Positions 24,877 to 35,879 of a stretch of 36,635 nucleotides of DNA are shown here, one piece after another (position 1 is the stretch's first letter; every line of letters begins with the position of its first letter). The notes below the pieces were generated by a model. That model saw nothing but the letters and a program-made list of their open reading frames with translations. It made no database searches and was not told the DNA's origin. The DNA lies in contig JNEM01010931.1 of NCBI GenBank assembly GCA_000697335.1, forward strand, positions 1 to 36,635, given 5' to 3'. The translations under genes were made by a program, and so were the position numbers. Origin of the DNA: Conidiobolus incongruus B7586. Its lineage: Eukaryota.

Positions 24877-25659
24877 TTAGACTAACTCGCCACGATGAAC
24901 TAAAGTAGTAGAAGCTTGTCCTTTGGGGAAAATGCAAAGGTCGGAAATCTCAACGTGACTTGGTCGACTGGCAACAAAAACAATAGTTTCAGCAATATCT
25001 TCAGCAGTTAAAGGTTTGACCCCAGTATAAACATTGTCAGCTTTAGTTTGATCCCCATTGAATCGAACTAATGAGAACTCAGTTTCAACCATACCAGGAT
25101 TGATTGCAGTTACTCTGATTGGTGAGCTAACTAATTCCTGTCTCAAGGTACGAGTGATAGCATCAACAGCAAACTTACTGGCACAATAGAGACCACCACG
25201 AGGATAGGTATCTTTACCACTAATGGAGCTAACATTGATGATATGACCACTCTTTTGTTGTCTCATCTTGGGAAGAATCTTTTGGATACAGTAAACAAGA
25301 CCTTTAACATTGGTATCAAACATCCTATCCATGTACTCGAGAGGAGTATCTTCAACCAAATCCAGACCTAAAGAAAGACCAGCATTGTTGACCAATACGT
25401 CAATTTTTTGGAATTCTTGAGGAAGGTTATCAACCATTGAGTTAACAGAATTAACATCTCTGACATCTAATTGAGCTATGTGGACTTTGGATTTGGGAAA
25501 TTCTGAAGTAATTTCTTTTTTGAGTTCTTCTAATTTATTGAGTCTTCTAGCTGTCAAAATAAGATGGGATCCCTCTCTGGCAAAGGATTTAGCAGAAGCG
25601 GCACCGATTCCCGAAGAAGCACCAGTAATTAAAATATTTTTAAATTTCAATAAACTCAT
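24877..25659 (-). CDS. Short-chain dehydrogenase/reductase, YdfG/YMR226C-like NADP-dependent 3-hydroxyacid dehydrogenase (copy 1)
   Basis: TGASSGIG, TARR (NADP-type), NNAG, YCASK catalytic motif, PGMVETEFSLVRF, PLTAEDIAE. Confidence 0.95.
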   Translation of the reverse strand: MSLLKFKNILITGASSGIGAASAKSFAREGSHLILTARRLNKLEELKKEITSEFPKSKVHIAQLDVRDVNSVNSMVDNLPQEFQKIDVLVNNAGLSLGLDLVEDTPLEYMDRMFDTNVKGLVYCIQKILPKMRQQKSGHIINVSSISGKDTYPRGGLYCASKFAVDAITRTLRQELVSSPIRVTAINPGMVETEFSLVRFNGDQTKADNVYTGVKPLTAEDIAETIVFVASRPSHVEISDLCIFPKGQASTTLVHRGELV

Positions 25660-25733
25660 TATGCAATTTATTATATAATATCACTAGAATAATTATCTCA
25701 TGATTAATTCATGATATAAATGTTAAAATATGG

Positions 25734-25759
25734 AATAATTTTAATTAAGGGATTTCATA
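25734..25759 (-). promoter_or_regulatory. 26-bp upstream element shared exactly by both SDR copies (TATGAAATCCCTTAATTAAAATTATT on the gene strand); second copy at 27304-27329
   Basis: Identical 26-mer 75 and 88 nt upstream of the two ATGs within otherwise diverged upstream DNA. Confidence 0.65.
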
Positions 25760-26433
25760 GAGTTATTGTTAAGGAGATACTTTTGGAATTTTTATTATCG
25801 CTTTAGATTTCTTAACCGTTTTGAGACATTTATAAAGAAAATCTTTAATCAACCAGAGTTTAATATTTAATTCAAAAATTTATTAATAATCATTAATCTA
25901 TATATATTAGAGTACGAAGATATTATATATTATTATTAATGGCTATAACTTATAAATATTCCATTAACTTTATGAAATACATAGTTCAGGTTCTTATTTA
26001 ATATTTTTATACATCAAAATTGAAAAAATATCTACTGATATTGAACAAATTGAAATTATAATTCAAAATATTATTCAAATTTGATACAATTGAAAATAAA
26101 TAATATGATTTATTTAGATATAATTTATTCTATAAAATAATGTTATTGTTAAAACATAATTTGTATAGTTCAATATCTTTTAAACTGCTAATACAGGTTA
26201 TTGGTTTTTTAAAGTTTATGTATTTCATATTTATGACTTTGGATTGAAAAATTATAGGAATTCAAATATTTATTTGGTACTCTTACATTAATAGTTAGTA
26301 CAGTTTCAATGAAAAAATAAGTCTTAAAATAATATAATAAGGTATATTTGTGATATTGATTGTTAAAAATATTGATCATAAGAAATTCAAGGAATTTATT
26401 GATTGGGATGCTTTATTAAATTATGGTAATGAA

Positions 26434-27216
26434 CTAGACTAACTCGCCACGATGAACTAAAGTAGTAGAAGCTTGTCCTTTAGGATAAATGGTAATATCG
26501 GAAACTTCAACGTGACTTGGTCGACTGGCAACAAAAACAATAGTTTCAGCAATATCTTCAGCAGTTAAAGGTTTGACCCCAGTATAAACATTGTCAGCTT
26601 TAGTTTGATCCCCATTGAATCGAACTAATGAGAACTCAGTTTCAACCATACCAGGATTGATTGCAGTTACTCTGATTGGTGAGCTAACTAATTCCTGTCT
26701 CAAGGTACGAGTGATAGCATCAACAGCAAACTTACTGGCACAATAGAGACCACCACGAGGATAGGTATCTTTACCACTAATGGAGCTAACATTGATGATA
26801 TGACCACTCTTTTGTTGTCTCATCTTGGGAAGAATCTTTTGGATACAGTAAACAAGACCTTTAACATTGGTATCAAACATCCTATCCATGTACTCGAGAG
26901 GAGTATCTTCAATTAATTCAAGGCCTAAAGAAAGACCAGCATTATTAACCAATACATCGATATGCTGGAATTCTTGGGGAAGATTATCAACTAATGCGTG
27001 GACAGAGTTAACATCTTGGACATCCAACTCAGCAACGTGGACTTTGGTTTCAGGAAACTCTGTGGCAATTTCTTGCTTGAGTTGCTCTAATTTATTGACT
27101 CTTCTGGCGGTCAAAATAAGATGGGATCCCTCTCTGGCAAAGGATTTAGCAGAAGCGGCACCGATTCCCGAAGAAGCACCAGTAATTAAAATATTCTTAT
27201 TTTTTAATAAACCCAT
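26434..27216 (-). CDS. Short-chain dehydrogenase/reductase, YdfG/YMR226C-like (copy 2)
   Basis: Same motifs as copy 1; tandem duplicate at an offset of 1557 nt. Confidence 0.95.
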   Translation of the reverse strand: MGLLKNKNILITGASSGIGAASAKSFAREGSHLILTARRVNKLEQLKQEIATEFPETKVHVAELDVQDVNSVHALVDNLPQEFQHIDVLVNNAGLSLGLELIEDTPLEYMDRMFDTNVKGLVYCIQKILPKMRQQKSGHIINVSSISGKDTYPRGGLYCASKFAVDAITRTLRQELVSSPIRVTAINPGMVETEFSLVRFNGDQTKADNVYTGVKPLTAEDIAETIVFVASRPSHVEVSDITIYPKGQASTTLVHRGELV

Positions 27217-28299
27217 TGCGTAATTGATTATTTGATTTAATTTATAATTTTAGTTTTGATTAATATTTGACTATCATACCATTCTATAAATACTTAAATA
27301 CAAAATAATTTTAATTAAGGGATTTCATAATATTATTAATCAGCGGTGATATAAATAATTCTCATCATCAATTTTATTCCAATAAATTTCTAAATGTGAC
27401 TTGATGTCCATCCAAATGTGAAAAAGATATGTTTAAATCAGTTGAGGTGGATAAATTATTAAAACAGAAGGGGAAAATTAAAATATAGTTACAATTGTCT
27501 ATTTATATTAGTGATAGGGATAATTGATGAAATTAGGTGAACCAATATAGTGAGGATTCATAAAGATTGCTCTTTACATATCAAAGGAATGGATCATATT
27601 CAAACCTTCAGTTTTGATAAAACATATTTAATTACTAAAAATTAAGGATGGGAGTAATATATTAGCAGTTTTTGCCTTTGGTCACCTCAATAACTTTAAA
27701 ATACATTATTTTATATTTGAATTTTGACATTTTTACACAAATCTTTACATTCCTTTGAAAAAAATGTTATTATGAATAATAGCATCCCGACTTTATTGAT
27801 TTTTATTAGGCTTTTAAAAAATCGTGATTCTAAAGTCGGGGTTCAATTTATAAACAATTTTTCGTATTCAATTAAAATTTATTTAATTCAGAATCTGAAA
27901 ATCGATTATAATTATCGTACAAAAATTATATTGTACATATAAATACTATTACTTATATATTAAACTATGTATTAAAACTGATAGAATCAAAGAATCAACA
28001 CTGCTTGATAATTTGGCCAGGTTCAAAAAAAGGCAATACCTTACTTAGAATCACTCATATTTTAACTATATTGAATTATTTAAACATGTAAAAATGCTAT
28101 CATATCCTTTTTATAATCAAATTCCTGAATTATATTTATTTTTTTTCCTTTTCTGTTTATTTAATATTTGAGAGCAAAATTCTGAAATTACAATCGATAT
28201 GCATGAAATCTTTTAAATATGAGTATAATATTAAATATGAATAAATAGTCGCTAAATTTAGTAGATATATTTTTTACTTCCTATTAAACTTTTTTGTGA

Positions 28300-28622
28300 T
28301 GAATAATATTATCCCAGCTTTCAGATTTAGTTCAAAATAGTCGATTTCAATTGAAAATAACACAAATTGATAAATTACTTGATAATCATTTATCAATAAA
28401 AATACAAATTTTAAATTACTAAATAATGATACCAAGATACTAATAATACAGTTCATATAGGATGAATTTGATATTCATATTCTTTCAAAAAAATGATTTG
28501 ATACTAGAGAGTTTAAATATGAAATAGGTGATGAAATATTTGATAAATTACCAGATAATGATATAATAATTCGAAAGAAAATATATCAACATTTATGTTT
28601 TATTCAATTTAATATTATTTAA
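28300..28622 (+). pseudogene. Decayed coding relic
   Basis: ILSQLSDLVQNSRFQLKITQIDKLLDNHLSI, frameshift, then NFKLLNNDTKILIIQFI*DEFDIHILSKK*FDTREFKYEIGDEIFDKLPDNDIIIRKKIYQHLCF. Confidence 0.3.
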
Positions 28623-28907
28623 TAATTGAATGTCGTATTTATTGAGTTTATCCGAGTTATGTTCAATGAGTTTTTAATAAAATAATTATTTGTAAAGATT
28701 ACTATATATATTCTTTGAAATTGCTATAAATGATAAAAGCTAAATGATTGAACAATATATTGAAAAATATAAATTGAATATAAAATTCAATATTTAAAAT
28801 TATCATCCCATAATGATAATTTGACATTTCAATCAATATATATTTAATTCAATATACCACAGCAAAGAATATTTTTTCATAACACCAAATAAGTTTATAA
28901 TATCAAA

Positions 28908-29409
28908 ATGAACAATACTGCCCAATTACCTCCCACAAAAAGGCAATTAAGGGCTTGTATGTTGTGTTCATTAATTAAAACTGCATCACAATTTAGAGAT
29001 TTTGGTTGTGACAATTGTGAATCTATATTAAAATTAACTAGAAGTAATGATAGAATTAATGATTGTACTACAACACAATTTGAAGGGTAAAGATATTTAT
29101 ATATCTTTTATGCTTCATTCATTAATCACTAACTTATTTTTTATTTAGAATGATTGCTTTAACTAAACCTAAAGAAAGTTGGATTGCTAGATGGTTACGA
29201 ACAGGTAATTTTTGAATTTTTATTTATTTATATTTCATTAATATTATTAATAATTTTTGTTAGACAATTTTAAGAAAGGATTATACGCTTGTCAGGTTTA
29301 CGGTGTTTTGCCAGATTATATTGTTGACGAATTAGCTAAAGTTAATATTGAATACTTCCCCAGAGATGGAAGTTACCAGGATGCTATATTAGATGCTATG
29401 GCTGAATAG
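28908..29409 (+). CDS. SPT4: Transcription elongation factor Spt4; introns 29087-29148, 29205-29263
   Basis: LRACMLCSLIKTASQFRDFGCDNCE..DCTTTQFEGMIALTKPKESWIARWLRTDNFKKGLYACQVYGVLP..YFPRDGS. Confidence 0.97.
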
Positions 29410-29607
29410 TCCATATTTTTAATTGTAAATTCTACTAACCTTGTAAACAAATTCTAAGAATAATATTTGACCATTTCACTTAATCTTTAATTGAAATTCA
29501 GTTTCTATCAAAATATTGAGGAATTAATATAACTGTCCTTTCAATATATTTTCTTTTAATATCCAAACTACTTCTTTTTTAAATTTATTCGCATTTAATT
29601 TCACTCA

Positions 29608-29633
29608 ATATATATATATATATATATATATAT
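29608..29633. repeat. (TA)n microsatellite
   Basis: About 12 consecutive TA units. Confidence 0.85.
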
Positions 29634-30694
29634 TTTATAATCAATGGTATTTTCGAGTTAGCCTTCTTAGCTTAATCTTACTATATAAACAAATCTAGTC
29701 AGGACATTGATAATACATCATTGATAGATATAGTTTTTAATTGGGAATATTTATAAATTATAATTATAAAATCAATATTTAGATACTTTTCCTTGATCCA
29801 CAATACTTATTGAGGCTTTACAAACTATTTTATATAATAATTTTATGAATTTGGTAGCCTTGGATACCTAAACTATCCTTTAGTCCATTAATTTGTTGCA
29901 ATAATTTATAGTGTAATAGAGTGTGATTTAATTTCTAGAGAATTAAAATGAAAATCTTTCAAATTTATTACAAATATATATATATACGAACGATTTTAGA
30001 AAAACACCTTACTCCATATATATGGTTAAAATTTTTATTATATATTAATATAACTAATTATTAAAATGTTTGAAAATTTATTCAATTCATTCTGTATATA
30101 TAAATTTTGAATTGGTATACTAGTAATATTATATGTATTAATCAGAATTGAAAGTTACTATACTATAATATACCTTTACTAAATAGACATATATAGTCTT
30201 TTAATTAACTGTCAAAATAACATATATAATATGTAGATTTGATAGTTAAAATAATTTTTAGTGTAGAAAAATCAATAGCTGTAATTAAAAACCTTTTTAA
30301 TTTACTATTAATTAGTTAAAATTCTAGGAATTTCACATGATTTTTCTATTCTAATAATATATTTGTATCATTTATAATTTATGATATAGCACATTTATTA
30401 AACGTTACTTTTTAATCAATTATTCTAGTATTCATTTAATAAATGAATAAATTGAGATTGTTTGATTTTTAAATAAATATTTTAAATAAGCATTTTTATT
30501 TAAATTATATTGTTGAATTTATACAGAAATTGCTAACAGTAGTACAAATTAAAAAATATATTGAATGTTGTTTGATATAAATTGTAAAATAAAAAATAAA
30601 ATTTAATTTTTATTGGAGTTGAAAAGTAAAATAATACTTTTTAATAAATGTATGTGTTCAATTTGATTGGGCAGATGTGTAATAATTTCTAGTA

Positions 30695-31918
30695 TTATAA
30701 ATGACTCTTACTCTTTTCATGAGTAATAGATAAAACAATTTTAGAAACTGATTCTCTATTCACAATTAATTTCAACACAGTTTGTACATCTTCCATAATG
30801 TATCTTTTAGGATAAACTAGTGCTTTAAGTTGTTTGGATTCTAATAATTTCTCCAAATGTGCCCAACACTTCTCATAAGCCTGATAATCGCTCATAATAT
30901 AATTGCCAAGGTAAAACCCTTCAAGCGAGATATTTTTTAAGAGAACGCGATTCATAGGAACCTTTTCAATAGTACCTCCAGCGAACCCAATGATCACAAT
31001 TCTTCCTTTGAAAGCAACACATTTCAACGATTGATTCACTAAGCCGATGGGATCGTAAACGATATCGACACCTCTACCATGTGTTATTCTTTGGACAGTT
31101 TCCCACCATTTGGTATCGGTCTTAATATTGACAACATGGTCGGCGCCTTCTTCTAGAGCATATTTTAATTTTTTATCACACGATCCCGTGGCGATTACTT
31201 TGGCACCTAATACCTAAATATTTAAATTAATTTTATTACTATTTTTAAGTTATTAATTCATAGAAATGATATACCTTAGCTAAAGCTACAGCACTCAATC
31301 CAACAGCACCAGTAGAGCCATGAATGAGTACAGTTTGGCCTTATTCAAAATTAGTTAATAAATAAAAAAATTGAGTAAGTACTAACCTTTTTCCAGTTTT
31401 CCTTTATCAACCAAACCCAAATAATTGGTAGGATAATTAATTGAAATAGCAACGGCTTGCTCAAACGTTAACGATTCTGGAATCAACCTGGTGCAAATCT
31501 CATCCACTATACAGTATTGAGCTAAACATTGAGTCCCACAAGCAAATACACGGTCTCCAACTTTGAATCGTGAATCTTTGGAGCATTTTACAACAATCCC
31601 AGCAACCTTTATTGGAAAGTCAAATTTTTATTTTTGAAATGTTATTAAGACATTATTTACTTCAATGCCTAAAATAAATGGTAAACCAGCTTTTATTTGG
31701 TGCTTGCCTTGAGCCTAGAAATTCAATTATTGACATTAAATAAATTTCATTGTAATTTAAAATTAAAATACTTGTAAATAATCAGCAAAGCCCATACCCA
31801 CTGCCATTACTTTGATAAGCAAATCACTAGGGTTATACGTTTCAGGGATCGGTAAATCATAACTCACTTGAATTTCATCAATACTATTGATATATTGTTT
31901 AATTAAAACACCTTTCAT
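30695..31918 (-). CDS. NADPH:quinone oxidoreductase (zeta-crystallin-like MDR family), 5 exons (copy 1)
   Basis: MKGVLIKQY..GMGFADYLQ|AQGKHQIKAGLPFILGIE|VAGIV..FKVGDRVF..LTFEQAVAISINYPTNY..|GQTVLIHGSTGAVGLSAVALAK|VLGAKVIATG..GRGVDIVYDPIG..GRIVIIGFAGG..NRVLLKNISLEG. Confidence 0.92.
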
Positions 31919-32573
31919 TTTTTATATTATAGCTAATTAATAGTTGAATTTGAAGGTCTTGTATAATATTATATATTAAGGATGATTATATCATATTAAT
32001 TAAAATTTATGCAATTTGTAAATGATATTTCACGTGAGACTTGGTTCATCTTATTTTAATTGTGGATTTATTTTAGATTTTTATATGGGATTACTATATA
32101 GTTTCTCAGAAATCATTTTATAAATTATCAATTTTATGATATTATTTATATTTTTCACTATGATTTTATTGCTATATACTATATTTCAAAGCATTAATCA
32201 CAATATAATCAATGGTTTATCATTTAAATTATAATATAATGGCGTATTACATCTATTTTAATTGTGGATATAATGTTCAAAATTATCTATGCTCACATAA
32301 AAATCCAATTCCACAAATAAGATTTTAAATTATTTTGTTAAAAACCTATTAAACATTGTTCTATAAACTGTTCATTTTATAGAATGAAAAAAGGAAAACA
32401 GTAGTAAAGTGAGGTATACATTATTTTGAAATAATATATTTTGGATATATAATAATTTAAATAACTAGATATTTAACATTGCCTAATAACAGCTGATTAA
32501 ATTATCTGAATTGCTATTTTATATAGTTCATTATATCAAAAGTTTCTTAAGATATTAATTATACATATTATTT

Positions 32574-32599
32574 ATAATAATAATAATAATAATAATAAT
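32574..32599. repeat. (AAT)n microsatellite
   Basis: About 8 consecutive AAT units. Confidence 0.8.
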
Positions 32600-32687
32600 G
32601 AATTATTGAATTTATTAACGAACTGACTATAAGAATAATAAGGTTATTTAAGATGAAAATCAAATAATCATTGTAAATTTTAAATTC

Positions 32688-33886
32688 CTAATCATTCACT
32701 GTGATGACAAGTTTCATCATTGACTTCCTTGTGATTATTAATTCAAATGCTTTGTGAATATCTTTATCTGTCAAGTACAGTTTTTCATTATGGATTTGAG
32801 GGACTAGCTCACCAGATTGTATCCATTTATATAAATTCAAATAGCATTCAGCATAAATTGGGTTATTATCTAACATATATTCAGCAATTGTCATTCCAAC
32901 AAGCGTGGCATTTTTCTCTTGAACTTTAGTCATCGGAACCTTTTCTATTTTGCCAGCTGCAAAGCCAACGATCACAATTCTACCCTCAGATTTAATACAG
33001 TTCAAAGAGTTTTCAACCTGACCAACTGGATCATATATCATATCCGCTCCATTCCCATTTGTGATTTCATTGACTTTATCCCACCATGCTTCTTCAAGGA
33101 TGTTGATGACGTGATCAGCACCTACCAATTTTGCAACTTTCAATTTTTCATTGTTTGTTCCGGTCCCAATCACTTTAATACCTCTTAACTAAAATTATTT
33201 TAGTAAAAAACTAAAATATAACCATAATGAGTATAATATACTTTGCATAGCTGAATCGCACTTAATCCCAAGCCACCAGTACTACCGTGAATCACGCACC
33301 AGTGTCCTAAGAAGCATAATAATAATTAAATATTGTTTATACCTTTAAATACATAAAAATATCACCTTTTGTCAATTGACCACAATGAAATAAACTAATA
33401 TAGTTGGTTGGATAGTTCAGAGGAATCGCTGCAGCCTGTTCAAAACTCAAATTATTGGGAATTCTGAATAGATCAGACGGCTGCATAATTGTATAATCAG
33501 CTAGTCCTTGAGTACCGAGGCCAAAAACCCGGTCTCCAGGCTTAAATTTTGAATTTGGACCAGTTTTCACTACCACTCCAGCTATCTATAATAAGTTAAA
33601 TCAGAATACCAATAATTGTAATTTGTATTAAATTACTTCAATACCAAGTATTAAAGGAAAACCCATTTTAGTTTGGTGTTTACCCTGAGCCTGATTTTTA
33701 AAGTTAATAACATAGTACGTCCTATTTATAAATACAAGTTACGTGAAGATAGTCAGGATATCCAATACCACCAGCTTTAACATGAATTAATACGTCATCA
33801 CCCAAAGCTTCGGGAGGTTCCAAATTATGAGATACTTTTAACTCTGAAATATTTTCAATATATTTATCAATGTATAATCCTTTCAT
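32688..33886 (-). CDS. NADPH:quinone oxidoreductase (zeta-crystallin-like MDR family), 5 exons (copy 2)
   Basis: MKGLYIDKY..GIGYPDYLH|AQGKHQTKMGFPLILGIE|IAGVV..FKPGDRVF..LSFEQAAAIPLNYPTNY..|GHWCVIHGSTGGLGLSAIQLCK|LRGIKVIGTG..; four introns at the same positions as copy 1. Confidence 0.92.
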
Positions 33887-35042
33887 ATCTTGAATTCTTG
33901 TGCATAAAATTAAGGGTTTGATATATATTTATATATGACGCTAAATGTCATGATTCATCTTAATTATCATCCTCTTTTTTCTAAATTTCAATTTAATCAT
34001 ATGATTTGTGGACACAGTTAAATTTAAAAATATTTAAATTGATTAATATTTTGTAACCTGAAAAATAATATCATAAATTATTTTTATATTAATTCATTTT
34101 TCATAACAAGTGAATGTTTATCAGCCTGAATATTTGAATTCAAAATCTATCGTTTGTATAAATTTATACATAAGGTTATTAATATCTAAATTGTAATATA
34201 CTTTAAAATATCTCTTACTGACCTATAATTAATATTTCATATGATTTTATTGGTGACTAAACCAATTGTGATATTTTATAAATTTAGATAAAATTAATAA
34301 TATTATTAAAATATTACATAATAATCAGTCCATTTATTATCATTATATGCTTTATTATTAAAAAAATCATTTTAGTGTATATCAAAAAAGTATTTTGAAG
34401 TAGTATTCATATTATTTTCCTCATATTATCGTCACCAATTTGATCAAATATGATATTAGAATTGTAAACATTATGTTATATTTAAAGGTTTGATATATTA
34501 TCTTTTTGAAAAGTTTAAAATCAATAAATAAAAATTAATTAGTTCAAAAAATTATAACAAAGTATTAATATTTTTTACAACTCATAATTCTGTTAATATT
34601 ATTATATGTTTGGTAATAGAATTAAATTAAATAATTGCATTTGTTGCCATATTAATCATGCTAAATATATGATGTAAAAATGAAAAATTAATACATAAAA
34701 TAAGTTAGAAAATGAACAGGTAGATTTTTATAATTCCCGAAAAATTAAAATATTGATTTCAAAATATATCCGAAATTGATAAAAATGGATAACGGAATCA
34801 ATTCTTTAAAAAAATTCTGAATAATAAGTCAATAGTGGGGATCGGATGGTATGTTTATGTTGTATAATTATATAAAATTACTAGTTCCCTGATTGTCAAG
34901 TTTATTTTGATATTCAAATACTGTTAATTTTAATCAAACTTATTTAATATTGGCTTAGAAATATTTTAGATCTTGTAATTGAAAATATAAATTAAGATAG
35001 ATTCTTGTTCAAAATTTAAAGAGTTTTTTTAATATTGAAGCA

Positions 35043-35399
35043 ATGTTCATTTCAAGATTAATTTTCTCATTAAATTTCTTGGGATTATATATGGCCATAT
35101 TTAATCCTCTCCAATTGATTCCTGGACCAAATCACCAAGCACCAGTATCAATTACTCCAGGAACTGGGGGAAATCTTCTTAGTCCTATTTTTCCTGTTCA
35201 ACAACTTCGAGAATTGCCTCAAAATGATGGACCTTCGGATAAATTAGCCTCACTTGGCAATATTAGTGGCCAGAAATTCATAAGAAGAATGTGGAATGAT
35301 GTATATGATTATAACTATGATGGTTTTTATGGTTACAGATATGACTATAGTGCATATAATTCAGAACCAGCATATAGATTTAATAATCCATATTTTTAA
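35043..35399 (+). CDS. Small putatively secreted protein (118 aa) with a Tyr/Asp/Asn-rich C-terminal segment after an RR site
   Basis: Intact ORF, GC-richer than flanks; hydrophobic N-terminus MFISRLIFSLNFLGLYMA; ..QKFIRR|MWNDVYDYNYDGFYGYRYDYSAYNSEPAYRFNNPYF. Confidence 0.7.
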   Translation: MFISRLIFSLNFLGLYMAIFNPLQLIPGPNHQAPVSITPGTGGNLLSPIFPVQQLRELPQNDGPSDKLASLGNISGQKFIRRMWNDVYDYNYDGFYGYRYDYSAYNSEPAYRFNNPYF

Positions 35400-35879
35400 A
35401 CTCATTAGCATAGATAAACTGGATTTTCATTCTATTTTTTCAATAATATATATGATTTATTTTGCAAAAATACATTTTATTAGATTTTGTAAAATATTAT
35501 TAAAATACAATCTTTAACATTTTAAAAACTAGTTCTAAATTTCATAGGTAATTTGTTTTAATATCACAGTATTGTTAATAACTTCAATAATATTACCATA
35601 GAATTGAAGAAATGGGAAATTTTTTAATTTCTGATTTTTCAAACATATTATTAATTTCAAATAAAAAAATATATACAAAACAAATAAGAAAATAAATAGT
35701 TTTAAATTATATATATATATATATAATAACTTTTTTGATTAAAAAAATAATTTTTTAAAATTAGTTATTTAATTTAATTATATTTAAACCAAATAATAAC
35801 CATCAAAAGTTTTTTATTTTAGTATCAGTAAAACTTAACTATAAACTCTTTAAAATCATTTAAAATTTACAAATAGCTT

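Noticed and set aside
5627..28500. Stop-codon reassignment as an explanation for in-frame TAA/TAG/TGA
   Set aside because: Conserved genes here terminate with TAA, TAG and TGA and have no internal stops; the relics also carry frameshifts
22123..33886. Metabolic gene cluster of oxidoreductases (LDH, 2 SDR, 2 QOR)
   Set aside because: Interrupted by unrelated housekeeping genes (SPT4, ANKRD39-like); no backbone synthase, transporter or regulator; explained by local tandem duplication
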